A DNA stretch of 58,360 nt from assembly GCA_964373835.1 (NCBI GenBank), contig CAYJWN010000001.1, forward strand, positions 1 to 58,360. Reading direction: 5' to 3'. This stretch comes from an uncultured Planctomycetales bacterium. Its GTDB lineage: Bacteria > Omnitrophota > Gorgyraeia > Aquiviventales > Aquiviventaceae. The notes under the pieces are model-generated. The model made no database searches, was not told the origin of the DNA, and worked only from the letters and a program-made list of their open reading frames with translations. The translations under genes were made by a program, and so were the position numbers. The first letter of the stretch is position 1; every line of letters begins with the position of its first letter. Shown here piece by piece: positions 19,633 to 29,072 of this stretch.

Positions 19633-20596
19633 GGGCGGCTCCATCGTCCTGCCGGCGCGCGACAACGAGCGTTTGGCCGATCCAGTACGGGATCTGCGCG
19701 GACCCCACGCGCGTGGCCCGCGCGAACGCGTGCAGCCCGCGGGCTACCGGCCCCAGCAGTGGTTCGGCGCGAAAGAGGATGTAGTCGAGCTCCAGCGTCT
19801 GGAGATGCGGCCGCATCGTGATGGGGATAAACCCAGCCGCCTCGAGCATGAGCCGAAAGGTCTGTTTGGTGAAGTAGTAGTTATGGACGGAGATGATGAA
19901 CACCCACCGGCGGCCCATGAGCCGCGCGATCCAGGATCCGATGTCGGGGCAGTTCACCGCAATCAGTCCTCCAGGTGCCAGTAGACGCTCGCATTCGCGC
20001 AGGACCGATAGCGGATCCGCCGTATGCTCGAGGACGTCCCAGAGCGTGATCAGATCGAAGCTCTGCGTACGGTAGTGTCCGTCGAAGATCGTTCCGGGGG
20101 TCAACCTGATCCCGTAGTGCTCCTCACACCATTGGCATAGCCAGCGGTTGGGCTCGCATCCCGCAACCTCCCATCCGGCATCCTTCGCCACTTTGAGGAA
20201 CGACCCGCCTGCCGTTCCGATATCCAGCAGCCTGCCGGGCGGTTTGCGCCAGACCGAGTGCAGGATTTTGAGGCATCGGGCGAATGTCATCTCTCGCCCG
20301 GTGACCTGGGACGCGAACGTCTCATCCACCGTCGAGGCGTACCCTTCCAGGACGAGATCCGCTGGCACCCTTGGATTCACGTACTGCATCGTGCATCGGC
20401 GGCAGCGGACGAGCGGGTCCTCGAGCAAGGCATCGCCCGAAGGACGGAACTCATTCACCTGGATGGAGAGGGTCTTCCGCCGGGACGGATAGACGACTTC
20501 GGCGTCGTTGACCCCGCAGATCGGGCAGCGGACGCTCTCCAAGTCCACGATGGTCCTGGTGGTTGGTGCCGGCGCAATCTCTGACGTCATCGTCAT
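19625..20596 (-). CDS. Class I SAM-dependent methyltransferase with N-terminal Cys4 zinc ribbon (paralogue of 167..1147)
   Basis: CPICG...CRRCTMQYVNPRV, RLLDIGTAGGSFLKVAKDAGWEVAGCEPN. GAGGA lies upstream of ATG 20596. Confidence 0.8.
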   Translation of the reverse strand: MTMTSEIAPAPTTRTIVDLESVRCPICGVNDAEVVYPSRRKTLSIQVNEFRPSGDALLEDPLVRCRRCTMQYVNPRVPADLVLEGYASTVDETFASQVTGREMTFARCLKILHSVWRKPPGRLLDIGTAGGSFLKVAKDAGWEVAGCEPNRWLCQWCEEHYGIRLTPGTIFDGHYRTQSFDLITLWDVLEHTADPLSVLRECERLLAPGGLIAVNCPDIGSWIARLMGRRWVFIISVHNYYFTKQTFRLMLEAAGFIPITMRPHLQTLELDYILFRAEPLLGPVARGLHAFARATRVGSAQIPYWIGQTLVVARRQDDGAAHA

Positions 20597-20623
20597 CGCA
20601 TCCTCGTGAGGCCCGCGGTCCCG

Positions 20624-21595
20624 TCAAAAGGGCTTGCTTTCCTCAAGCGCATCTTCGCCGACCTTCTCGATCGGGGCGGAGCTTTCGCTGGCCGCGCTCT
20701 CGCGCGGCGCTCCTTGCAGCCGTCGCAGCAACGACTGGACCTCACGGAATCTCGCATTGATCGTGTTCAGCACCAGGCCGGCCAGAAAGACGGCCAACGC
20801 GGCGGCGAGGAACGCCACGCCGGCGGCCCGCAGTCCCGTGGTCCCCATGATGCCAAGGCCCCACAGCAGCGCACCGAACCCGGCCAGAACCCCCGATCCC
20901 ACCCCGAACACAAGGAGCGGGCGGTGATCCCTCAGCAGCATCAGGATGGTCAGGAGGATGCGGTAGCCGTCGCGGAACGTCCGCAGCTTGCTGTTGCTTC
21001 CGGCCGGGCGGCCCCGATAGCGGATCGAGACCTCACGCACGCTGAATCCGAGCTCCAAAGATTGGATGACCAGTTCGGTTTCCGTCTCGAAGCCGCCGGT
21101 GATCAGCGGAATGTGATTCAGGAAGCGGCGGTTGAAGGCCCGATATCCTGAGAGGATGTCGCGAAACGACGTCCCGAAGGACATGTTCAGGATCCCCGTG
21201 ATCAGATGGTTCCCCAACCGGTGGAACCTGCGGAAGGGGGTCCTCGCGTGCTCAAGCCGCGTGCCGATGACCATGTCGGCCTCATCGCGCAGCAGCGGCT
21301 CCAGAAGCAAGGGGGCGTCCGCCGCCTCGTAGGTGTCGTCCCCATCCAGGACGAGCACGATATCGGCTTTGGAGCGCTCAAAAATCGCCTGCAGGACGAA
21401 CCCCTTCCCCACGCGGCTGACGTTCCGCACTTCCGCCCCGGCGGCGCGCGCCATGTCGCTCGTCCCATCCGTCGAGCAATTGTCGTACACGATGATCTGC
21501 GCGGCCGGCAGGACACGCCGGACATCGCGGATCACCTTCCCGACTACCCCCGCCTCATTGAAGCATGGAATGGCGACCTCGATCGACGGGCTCAT
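20624..21595 (-). CDS. GT2 polyprenyl-phosphate glycosyltransferase (GtrB/ArnC-like) with C-terminal TM helices
   Basis: IEVAIPCFNEAGVVGKVIRDV, VYDNCSTDGT, LDGDDTY. Two hydrophobic helices near the C-terminus (LLVFGVGSGVLAGFGALLWGLG, VAFLAAALAVFLAGLVL). ATGA overlap at 21592-21595. Confidence 0.75.
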   Translation of the reverse strand: MSPSIEVAIPCFNEAGVVGKVIRDVRRVLPAAQIIVYDNCSTDGTSDMARAAGAEVRNVSRVGKGFVLQAIFERSKADIVLVLDGDDTYEAADAPLLLEPLLRDEADMVIGTRLEHARTPFRRFHRLGNHLITGILNMSFGTSFRDILSGYRAFNRRFLNHIPLITGGFETETELVIQSLELGFSVREVSIRYRGRPAGSNSKLRTFRDGYRILLTILMLLRDHRPLLVFGVGSGVLAGFGALLWGLGIMGTTGLRAAGVAFLAAALAVFLAGLVLNTINARFREVQSLLRRLQGAPRESAASESSAPIEKVGEDALEESKPF

Positions 21596-23112
21596 TGCGC
21601 AGGCTCCCAGGAGACACGCACCCCCAATACCCCCCAACTCATCAGGGTGGTATGGAGCGCGCGGTAGGGCGTCATCTCCATCTTCGTCCGGAACCGCCGG
21701 GAGGCGAAGTGGAACGGCTGAGCCACCAGGCTGCGCGGGTGGTAGCGCAGCTTCCACAGCAGGAACGCGAGGTAGAGCTTCAGCCGGAACCGGCTGAGCG
21801 ACGCGAAATCCTCCCGCCACGTCGGAGAGAAGTTCAGCTGCGAGTAATCGTCGTAGCCCGTAAACGCCTCGAAGATGTCTGAACCAGGCACCGGGGTGAC
21901 GATGAACAGCGCGATCTCATCGGTGCCGCTCTGGGCCAGTCGGCGGATGACATTCCACGTCATCCTCCGGTCCTCATCGGTCTCGCCTGGAAACCCGAGC
22001 ACGAAGCAGCACTGCGAGCGCACGCCCCGCGCGCTCATCCAGCCGATGAGTCGGACCGCATGCTCGAGGTCGAAGGGCTTGCCGATGCGTTTCATGACGC
22101 CCGGCGAGCCAGATTCCGGGGAGATCGAGACGTACCGGCAGCCGGCGCGCGCCATCAGCTCGACCGTCTCCTCCGACCGGATCGATTCGGCCTTTGTCCC
22201 CGCTGCGAATTTCCAGATGATCTGCACGTTGCGACCCATGAGCTCCTGGCAGAGCTGCTGCGTACGGCGGTCGTCAATCGTCGGGTTCACATCCTCAAGG
22301 TGAAACTCCGTGACACCGAGGGTGTCGCGCCAATGGATGATTTCATCCACGACGTTCTCCGGTGAGCGGCTGCGCCACTGGCGGTCGTTGGTCTCGGGGA
22401 TCACGCAGAACCGGCACGGATAGGGGCACCCCCGTGACGTCAACAGCGGCAGATAGCGGTCGCGCTCCATGGCGCCGTGCGCGTACCGGAGCGACCAGTA
22501 GGCCTCGAGCGGAAACAGCTCCCAGGCCGGCAACGGCAGCTGGTCCAGATCCTGGATCATGCGTGAGGGGGGCGTAAAATGCGTGCCGCGCGCATCACGC
22601 CATCCGATGCCATCGATGTTGTCCGGAGGCCGTCCCTGCCCGACGGCCTCCAGGAGGGCCACGAGCCGGCGCTCCGGCTCGCCGCAGAGCACGTAGGTCG
22701 CCCCGGCGTCGAACATCTCGCCCAGAATGCGCCGGAGCGAATAGGCGGTGACGGCTTGTGTGTTCTCCATGACCACGATAGCGGTCTGGGGACGCCGCCG
22801 GCGCACATACTTGAGGATTTCCTCCAGGGATCGATGGGACGTCAGGTTGATGGCGTAGAGCACGATCACATCCGTGTGGACCGGAATGCGCTGCTCGACC
22901 TGGCCGGGTGTTAAGCCGCGCACCATGAAGCGGCCTTCCAACCGATACTGGCAGGGCCGTTCCCCGAACGCATCGACCACGACGGCCGAATGAGAGGCGG
23001 CTTTGACCGCCGCCCCCGCATAGGCCAAAGACACGGGCAGGTACGGGATGCCCGTCGTGAAGGGGTCGGCGCGCAAGAGCACCAAGGCTGGGTTCACCAG
23101 CGTCACATGCAT
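21592..23112 (-). CDS. B12-binding-domain radical SAM enzyme
   Basis: TSRGCPYPCRFCVIP (CxxxCxxC) and N-terminal MHVTLVNPALV...IVLYAINL Rossmann-like domain. ATG 23112 overlaps the upstream stop by 10 nt. The ORF-track N-terminal 134 aa is rejected. Confidence 0.8.
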   Translation of the reverse strand: MHVTLVNPALVLLRADPFTTGIPYLPVSLAYAGAAVKAASHSAVVVDAFGERPCQYRLEGRFMVRGLTPGQVEQRIPVHTDVIVLYAINLTSHRSLEEILKYVRRRRPQTAIVVMENTQAVTAYSLRRILGEMFDAGATYVLCGEPERRLVALLEAVGQGRPPDNIDGIGWRDARGTHFTPPSRMIQDLDQLPLPAWELFPLEAYWSLRYAHGAMERDRYLPLLTSRGCPYPCRFCVIPETNDRQWRSRSPENVVDEIIHWRDTLGVTEFHLEDVNPTIDDRRTQQLCQELMGRNVQIIWKFAAGTKAESIRSEETVELMARAGCRYVSISPESGSPGVMKRIGKPFDLEHAVRLIGWMSARGVRSQCCFVLGFPGETDEDRRMTWNVIRRLAQSGTDEIALFIVTPVPGSDIFEAFTGYDDYSQLNFSPTWREDFASLSRFRLKLYLAFLLWKLRYHPRSLVAQPFHFASRRFRTKMEMTPYRALHTTLMSWGVLGVRVSWEPAQ

Positions 23113-23921
23113 CGTGCCTGCGTCACGGTTTGGCCGGCGGTATGAGCCGCCGCGCCGCGAAGCGTCCGCACGCACTCCCGCATGCGCTCGCCCCATTTCC
23201 ACAGGACAAACACGTCGGAAGCCAGGATGACGAACGTGTAACCAGCTTCGAAGGCGGCTTCGATATTCTCCCTCGTGGGGTCGACCAGCTGCGTCCCGCA
23301 CGCCTTCCCGTGCCGCCGGGCGGCGTCGATCACTCGCGCACACGCCTCCGCCACCCGGGGATGTTCCAGCTGGCCCGCCAGGCCCAGCGACCCGGAGATG
23401 TCGTAGGGGCCAACCATCACCCCGTCCACCGCAGCGGGCGCCAGGAGCGCATCGATCACCTGCACCGCCTGAATCGATTCCACCTGAATGATGATGGCCG
23501 AGCGGTTGTTCCACGTCGCCGTGTACTCATTGAACGCCATCCCATAGCCCTGGGCGCGGGCTACGCCGTAGCCGCGCTGGCCCATCGGGGGGTATTTGCA
23601 CCAGGCAATGAGCTGCTCGACTTCCTCTCGGCTCGTCACGTTCGGCATGATCACACCATCCGCCCCGGAATCGAGTAGGCGCGCGAGTTGCTCCCGGTTA
23701 TGGGAAGCCAGGCGCGGCAGGCAAACCGCCCCGCCTGCTTGCGAGGCCGCGATGATGCGCTGCGCCTGCTCCTGGCTGATCGTGCTGTGCTCAAGATCGA
23801 TGCCGATGAAATCAACGCCCGTCCGAGTGAACACTTCCGTAATCGCGGGATGCCCAAGCGACGTCCAGGCTCCGAACACGGGGGCGCGCTGCCTCAAGCG
23901 TGCCGCGAACGCGCCGTTCAT
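23103..23921 (-). CDS. HpcH/HpaI-family class II (pyruvate) aldolase
   Basis: FGAWTSLGHPAITEVFTRTGVDFIGIDLEHSTIS, IMPNV, VESIQAV and DGVMVGPYDIS are typical of HpcH/HpaI aldolases. Confidence 0.75.
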   Translation of the reverse strand: MNGAFAARLRQRAPVFGAWTSLGHPAITEVFTRTGVDFIGIDLEHSTISQEQAQRIIAASQAGGAVCLPRLASHNREQLARLLDSGADGVIMPNVTSREEVEQLIAWCKYPPMGQRGYGVARAQGYGMAFNEYTATWNNRSAIIIQVESIQAVQVIDALLAPAAVDGVMVGPYDISGSLGLAGQLEHPRVAEACARVIDAARRHGKACGTQLVDPTRENIEAAFEAGYTFVILASDVFVLWKWGERMRECVRTLRGAAAHTAGQTVTQARCM

Positions 23922-23931
23922 GCCGACCGCC

Positions 23932-24822
23932 TCATCGCTGACTCCGCAGCATCTGACCGATGGCGTGATGCACGCGGTAGACCACGGTGTAGCGGGGACG
24001 CTCGTCCGGACGATCCTCAATCGTCACGCGGCCCGGCTGGGTCGTACGGAGGAACACGCCCACGGCGGTTTCCGCCGTTCCGGTCTCGAGACGGTAGCAG
24101 TCCTTGGGCAGGAACCGATTGACCTGCCCGCCGAGGACCATGCGGTGACGGTACACCACGACTTCGCTCGCCGGACGGACGGTACGAATCCGGCTGATGA
24201 GTTCATCAAGATTGATCACGATGTAGGGCATCCAGCCCTCGTAGTGGTATTGGCAGGACCGGTCCGGGTCCCACTCGGTCGCCCCCACGTCGCGGGTGCG
24301 CAGGCGCACGATGACCGCCTCCGTCGCGCTGCCGAGCAGCTCGTCCAGGAACTCGAGGGGGCGGACTTGGTGGTGCACCACGTCTTTCGCGTAGACGACT
24401 TGCGGCGCCTCGACAATCCCCTGCTGTCTCAAGGCGTCACGCAACAACACCTCTGGATCGCACCAGTAGAATCGACCCACGGGATACTTGCGTTGCGCGC
24501 GGGCGATCACCGGCTCGGAGATGTCGAGCCCGGTGTACTGCATCGCCGGGTACCTGAGGCGCAGGTAGCGGTAGAACTCCCCAGTCGCACAGCCTACTTC
24601 GACGAGGTGGACGGGACGGCCCCGGTCGATCCGTGTATTCAGCAGGCGCACGTCATTGAACGCCTCGAAGTTGCGGATCAGGTTTGCGTTGTTGAGCCGC
24701 GCGCGGCCGTCAAAGTGAACGGCGTGGGTCTGGTGCTGCCAGTCGGCGTACCAGTCGGAGCTCATCGCTGGCGGGCGCTCCACGGCACGCAGAGGACTGG
24801 CGACAGCGGCCTGTGGGTTCAT
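23932..24822 (-). CDS. Class I SAM-dependent methyltransferase
   Basis: LVEVGCATGEFYRYLRLRYPAMQYTGLDISEPVIARAQ. ATG 24822 forms an ATGA overlap with the upstream stop. Confidence 0.7.
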   Translation of the reverse strand: MNPQAAVASPLRAVERPPAMSSDWYADWQHQTHAVHFDGRARLNNANLIRNFEAFNDVRLLNTRIDRGRPVHLVEVGCATGEFYRYLRLRYPAMQYTGLDISEPVIARAQRKYPVGRFYWCDPEVLLRDALRQQGIVEAPQVVYAKDVVHHQVRPLEFLDELLGSATEAVIVRLRTRDVGATEWDPDRSCQYHYEGWMPYIVINLDELISRIRTVRPASEVVVYRHRMVLGGQVNRFLPKDCYRLETGTAETAVGVFLRTTQPGRVTIEDRPDERPRYTVVYRVHHAIGQMLRSQR

Positions 24823-25442
24823 CGACGCTCCCCCGCTGCGGCGACGGTCGTCTCCCACTTGTTGCCCTGCACCATGAGGCGCGGGTCGCACACGAGGGCA
24901 TGCCAGACCACCGCCTGGAACGCCTCCGCGTGGGGCGTGACGAGCGCCGGATCGATCGTCGGGATGACCAGCACAATGTCACCCTGCTGCTTTGTGTAGC
25001 CGCCGTCCCGCCCGACGATACCGAGGACCTCCATGCCGCGCGCCTTCGCCTCGTCAATGGCCGCCACGAGATTGGCGCTGATGTTCCGCTCGCGGCTGCC
25101 GCCTCCCACCGACAGCACGAAGAGGACATCGCGCTCACACGCCCGGCTGACGCGCAACCACGCGGCGAAAACCGTCTCCCACCCCTCATCGTTGGTGCGG
25201 GCGGTCAGCTCCGACACGTTATCGACCGGTGTCGCGGCATCAATCCCTGCGAGCTTGCGGAAGTCGTTGACCGCATGGCTGCAGTTGCCGGCGCTGCCTC
25301 CCACCCCGCAGAGGAACAGCCGCCCGCCCTCATCCCGCAACCGACGCAGGCGTTCCACCATCTGGTCCACCACCTCGATGTCCAGCCGGCTGGCGATGGC
25401 GGTGCACGCGTCAAAATAGTGTCGGAGGAAGGACTGGCTCAT
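24819..25442 (-). CDS. SIS-domain sugar phosphate isomerase (GmhA/phosphoheptose isomerase-like)
   Basis: RLFLCGVGGSAGNCSHAVNDF, VLSVGGGS. ATGA overlap at 25439-25442. Confidence 0.75.
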   Translation of the reverse strand: MSQSFLRHYFDACTAIASRLDIEVVDQMVERLRRLRDEGGRLFLCGVGGSAGNCSHAVNDFRKLAGIDAATPVDNVSELTARTNDEGWETVFAAWLRVSRACERDVLFVLSVGGGSRERNISANLVAAIDEAKARGMEVLGIVGRDGGYTKQQGDIVLVIPTIDPALVTPHAEAFQAVVWHALVCDPRLMVQGNKWETTVAAAGERR

Positions 25443-26407
25443 CTGGACGATTTCTTGGCCACGATGCGCGCGAACGAGCTCAGGCCGTACTGTTGGAGGA
25501 ACGCTTGAAACGCCTCCTGGGCCTCAGCCGGCACCTCGACGATCTGCCGTTCAAAAACCGACAGCTGGATTGACGGATCATGCTGCAGGTGGGCTTGGAC
25601 GATCTCGACATCCAAGACACCGGGCGTACTCACCTCAAGCAGACCGAAGCCCGAGCGCTGGAGGAACGTCGACAGCCCCTGCAGACTGAAACAGTTCGCC
25701 CGATCCGGCGGGTAGAGGTAGAGGTTCCGCAGGCCCAGCACCGCCAGATCAAAGCCCGAGGAGACAAGCGCGGTCACGAACAACAGCCCCCCCTCTGAAA
25801 GCCGGCGGGACACTCCGCTGAGCAGCGCCTCCGGATCGTATGCGCGGTCCAACGACTCCAGCAGCACGGCGGCCTGCGCGATCGGCGCCTCCCCGCCACG
25901 AGCCAACGTCAACTCCGCCTCCCTCACCGTCAGCACCTCTGAGAACGAGCCGCTCTCATACAGCAGCTGGGAGAACTCACTCGGGGCAACCGCCGCCTCC
26001 AGAACCACCGGGCGTTGCATTCCCTGCAGCTGCAAGGCATCCTCCATCCATTCGAGCCTCGGCATGTAGACATTGTCCGTGCGGGACTGCGAAAGACTGG
26101 AGTGAAACGCCTCCGGTGAGTGCCGGTAGCGGTGGACGTCCTCGAGGAGGCGATACCACGCCTCCGGCTCGGGCATCTCGGCCAGGAAGAGACTACCGCT
26201 CTGGGCACACCGTGCATAGGCCAAGCCCTCCACATCGCCCCATGGCTCCATGGGCCCTCCCGACACCGGGGAACGCTGGCGCCGCACAGGAGGACCCCGC
26301 CGCGCACGGCGGCTTGCCTCCAGACAATACGCGCGATACCGCAGGAGCCCTTCGAGCGGCTTGACCGCGGCGAGCGAAAACGTCTGCTGAATTTGCACTG
26401 TCCGCAT
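25439..26407 (-). CDS. Hypothetical protein, probably a degenerate methyltransferase-fold paralogue
   Basis: Same overall layout as the Zn-ribbon methyltransferases, but motif I reads VVLEAAVAPSEF (no Gly-rich loop) and the Cys4 ribbon is lost. GGLLFVTA resembles the post-motif of methyltransferases. TGATG overlap at 26405-26409. Confidence 0.4.
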   Translation of the reverse strand: MRTVQIQQTFSLAAVKPLEGLLRYRAYCLEASRRARRGPPVRRQRSPVSGGPMEPWGDVEGLAYARCAQSGSLFLAEMPEPEAWYRLLEDVHRYRHSPEAFHSSLSQSRTDNVYMPRLEWMEDALQLQGMQRPVVLEAAVAPSEFSQLLYESGSFSEVLTVREAELTLARGGEAPIAQAAVLLESLDRAYDPEALLSGVSRRLSEGGLLFVTALVSSGFDLAVLGLRNLYLYPPDRANCFSLQGLSTFLQRSGFGLLEVSTPGVLDVEIVQAHLQHDPSIQLSVFERQIVEVPAEAQEAFQAFLQQYGLSSFARIVAKKSSR

Positions 26408-27426
26408 CAGCGCCGACTTCCTGCGAGCCCCGGCGCCTCTAGGGCATAGACGCCCCGGATGAGCTCCATGACCGCGAGGGCGTCCTCGAGCGTGCCGTGC
26501 GTCGCGGCATGGCGCTCGGTCACGGCGCGGAGGAATTCGTCCATTTCTTTCTCCCACGACTCATCGCGGTCGAAGTAGATGATTTCCTCGCGCGGGTTGC
26601 CGTACGCGAAGGCCTCGTCCTCGAACTGGCGCTTGCCGATCACCAGCTGTTCCCGCCCGTAGCTGCCGGTCTTCGACAGGAAACCGCTGCCCATGAGGTA
26701 GCCGTCCCGGCACCCGATCTCAAACCGGAACGTGTGCTTCCACATCGTCGCCGAGGAATGGAGAAACGCCGGCACCCCGCCGGCGGAGCGCAGCAGGACG
26801 AACGCGTTGTCCTCTAAGCCGGAGCCCCAAAAGGTATCGGTCAGGATCGCATGGGCCACCGTGAGGGGCCCCAGGAACATCCGGAACAAGTCGAGCATAT
26901 GGATGCCCTGGTCGAGGAGGATGCCGCCGCCCGCAATCTCAGGCTTGTTCCTCCAGCTCTCCCGGTAGTTGAGGCCGCCGGACTTCCCGTACACCCCTCG
27001 CATATAGAGGACTTCGCCGAGCCCACCGCCCTCCAGAATTGCCTTGGCCGCCTGGACCGACGGGTGGAGCCGGTGGTTAAACCCGAACACCAACGTGTGC
27101 GCGGGGACCCGGCTGGCCGCCTCCACAATACGGCAGAAGTCTTCCCAATTTCTCCCAGGGGGTTTCTCGCAAAACACATGGCCGCACCGGGACAGCGCCT
27201 CCACGCAGAGATCTGCGGTCACATGATTCGGCGTGCAGATGAACACCGCATCGCAGGCCTCCCAGGGAATCGGTGCGCCGGGAGCCAGGAGCGTCCCCTC
27301 GAGATTTGGCGTCGTCGGGTCCATCGCAGGATCCACGATGGTGATGTGCCGTACCGCGGGATGGTGGCGCAGAATCCTCGCGCGGATCTTCCCCATATAC
27401 CCATAGCCGAAGATCAGACACCGCAT
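26407..27426 (-). CDS. Gfo/Idh/MocA-family NAD(P) oxidoreductase
   Basis: MRCLIFGYGYMGKIRARIL, CEKP motif (VFCEKPPG), GGILLDQGIHMLD. TAATG overlap at 27424-27428. Confidence 0.8.
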   Translation of the reverse strand: MRCLIFGYGYMGKIRARILRHHPAVRHITIVDPAMDPTTPNLEGTLLAPGAPIPWEACDAVFICTPNHVTADLCVEALSRCGHVFCEKPPGRNWEDFCRIVEAASRVPAHTLVFGFNHRLHPSVQAAKAILEGGGLGEVLYMRGVYGKSGGLNYRESWRNKPEIAGGGILLDQGIHMLDLFRMFLGPLTVAHAILTDTFWGSGLEDNAFVLLRSAGGVPAFLHSSATMWKHTFRFEIGCRDGYLMGSGFLSKTGSYGREQLVIGKRQFEDEAFAYGNPREEIIYFDRDESWEKEMDEFLRAVTERHAATHGTLEDALAVMELIRGVYALEAPGLAGSRR

Positions 27427-29072
27427 TAGGCCCATTCCCTTGCGAGACCCGCCGATTCCAGGAATGCGTCCACGTGCTCCTCTGTCACTGGTTCCGCGTA
27501 GCGCGTGACGTACCGCACGGCCGCGTCCCACTCACCCCGCCGCTCTCCCGCCGTCTGCTCCTGCCGGAGGAGCAGCGCCGCGCACTCTTCAGGGGTCGCG
27601 CAGCGGACCCGCCACGCGTCCAAGCCATCGAGGGGATCCCGATCCCGCATCGCCGCCACCGAAAGGTAGATCGGGACCAGCCCGTGCAGGATCCCGTAGA
27701 AGACGGAAGAGGAACCTCGATACAGCACGGCCGAAGAGCGAGCAAAATCCTCCTCAATGCTGCGCTGCTCAGACAGGACGATGTTCGGCTGCTGGGTCAG
27801 ATCCATGGAGACGAGCCGTACCGCGCTGGCGATCGGTACCTCCGGATGGCATCGCAGGACAAAGGTGTAGGAGGGCAGCCGCTGGGCACAGGCATAGGCG
27901 AAGGCGAAGAGCGCCGTGACCTCCGCGTGGATCCCCTCCGGCGTCACCAGGATGGTCCGTCGGGAGGGATCCGCAGGCTGTTCGACGCGGATCGTCTGGG
28001 CTCGGAAGCTCCCAAAACGGATCAGCCGCGTGCGGTAGGGTTGGTGGCCTGCGCGGAGACGCTCGAGAGGGATTTGTCCCAGGCACAAGACAACGTCGGC
28101 AGGGGCGGCGCCGAAGACGGTCTGTGAGGGACGGGTGAGTGACAGCGACTCGCGAAACACCGTCGTGTGCTGATAGCCCACCACCCGGCAGGAGGCATCG
28201 GCGGTTTTCGCGCCCCCCCGTAGGCAGTACTCCCAGGCGTGTCCTTCATGGAGCATGAGCAATGCCCGTGGACGCCACGTCCGCACCGCGGCCCGCCCCA
28301 CCCAAAATGCCAGAGCGGCCAGCGTGGTATTGGGTACCAGGCAGTCCCGACTCGCCAGGAGGCTGATCCGTCTCACCAAGGGATCATGCGTCTGTGCGGC
28401 AAGGCGGCGAAGCCGGATCCACGTCTTGAGTTGCTGCCACAGCAGGCGAAGTGGCGCAAGGATCGGCACCAAAGCGAGCTCCGGCAGTCGAGCGATCGGC
28501 GACCTTGTGCAGTATGCCTTCGCAAACCTCGTCCAGCTGCCGCCGGTCACATCTGTGCAGAGCAGGAGCATCCGCACACTCCGCCCCGTCAGTCGATGCT
28601 GCAAATCCCCATAGTAGAAATCGCGATCGCCAGCTGGCCGACGGGTGCCAAAGCAACACGTTCTTCCCACCACGTCGAACCGCTCGCGCCTCAGCGCGGC
28701 GAGCTCACGGCCCAGTATGACACGGAGCCAGAGTAGTCGGCCGCAGAGAACGAGCGCGTACAGGACGCATAGACCAACACGGTTCATAGCCGTATCTCGC
28801 GCTCCGGCGTCAAGCTGCCCGCGAAGGTCCAGACGACCCTCACTCTGCTCGCGGAGCACCTCTTCCTGGATCTGGTGCAGTGGGTACTTCACGTACATCC
28901 ACCGGATCGCGCGCACAGGAAGCTCCGGACACAACCGATGCACGGTGTCCAGCGCCTCCGCGAGTCGCTCAATCGAAATCGGTATCGACTGCAAAGGAAC
29001 GTGAAGGTTTCCCGCACCGCTGTGGCGTGTTTCGACTGAAGCCGTCGTCAGGGTAGACCCTTCCAAGCCCAT
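27426..29072 (-). CDS. Hypothetical protein (548 aa); possible GT-B-like transferase with one N-proximal TM helix
   Basis: Coding is supported by its tight TGATG/TAATG coupling on both sides. A hydrophobic helix reads LCVLYALVLCGRLLWL. The C-terminal segment RTILVTPEG...VLYRGSSSVFYGILHGLVPIYL resembles the C-terminal half of GT-B enzymes. I recognise no family. Confidence 0.4.
   Translation of the reverse strand: MGLEGSTLTTASVETRHSGAGNLHVPLQSIPISIERLAEALDTVHRLCPELPVRAIRWMYVKYPLHQIQEEVLREQSEGRLDLRGQLDAGARDTAMNRVGLCVLYALVLCGRLLWLRVILGRELAALRRERFDVVGRTCCFGTRRPAGDRDFYYGDLQHRLTGRSVRMLLLCTDVTGGSWTRFAKAYCTRSPIARLPELALVPILAPLRLLWQQLKTWIRLRRLAAQTHDPLVRRISLLASRDCLVPNTTLAALAFWVGRAAVRTWRPRALLMLHEGHAWEYCLRGGAKTADASCRVVGYQHTTVFRESLSLTRPSQTVFGAAPADVVLCLGQIPLERLRAGHQPYRTRLIRFGSFRAQTIRVEQPADPSRRTILVTPEGIHAEVTALFAFAYACAQRLPSYTFVLRCHPEVPIASAVRLVSMDLTQQPNIVLSEQRSIEEDFARSSAVLYRGSSSVFYGILHGLVPIYLSVAAMRDRDPLDGLDAWRVRCATPEECAALLLRQEQTAGERRGEWDAAVRYVTRYAEPVTEEHVDAFLESAGLAREWA

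Noticed and set aside
23596-24999. Plus-strand ORF of 467 aa, the longest plus-strand ORF in the track
   Set aside because: It lies entirely antisense to well-supported minus-strand genes (HpcH aldolase, methyltransferase, SIS). Its translation is Arg/Ala/Pro/Gly-rich with no recognisable motif, the typical shadow ORF of high-GC DNA.
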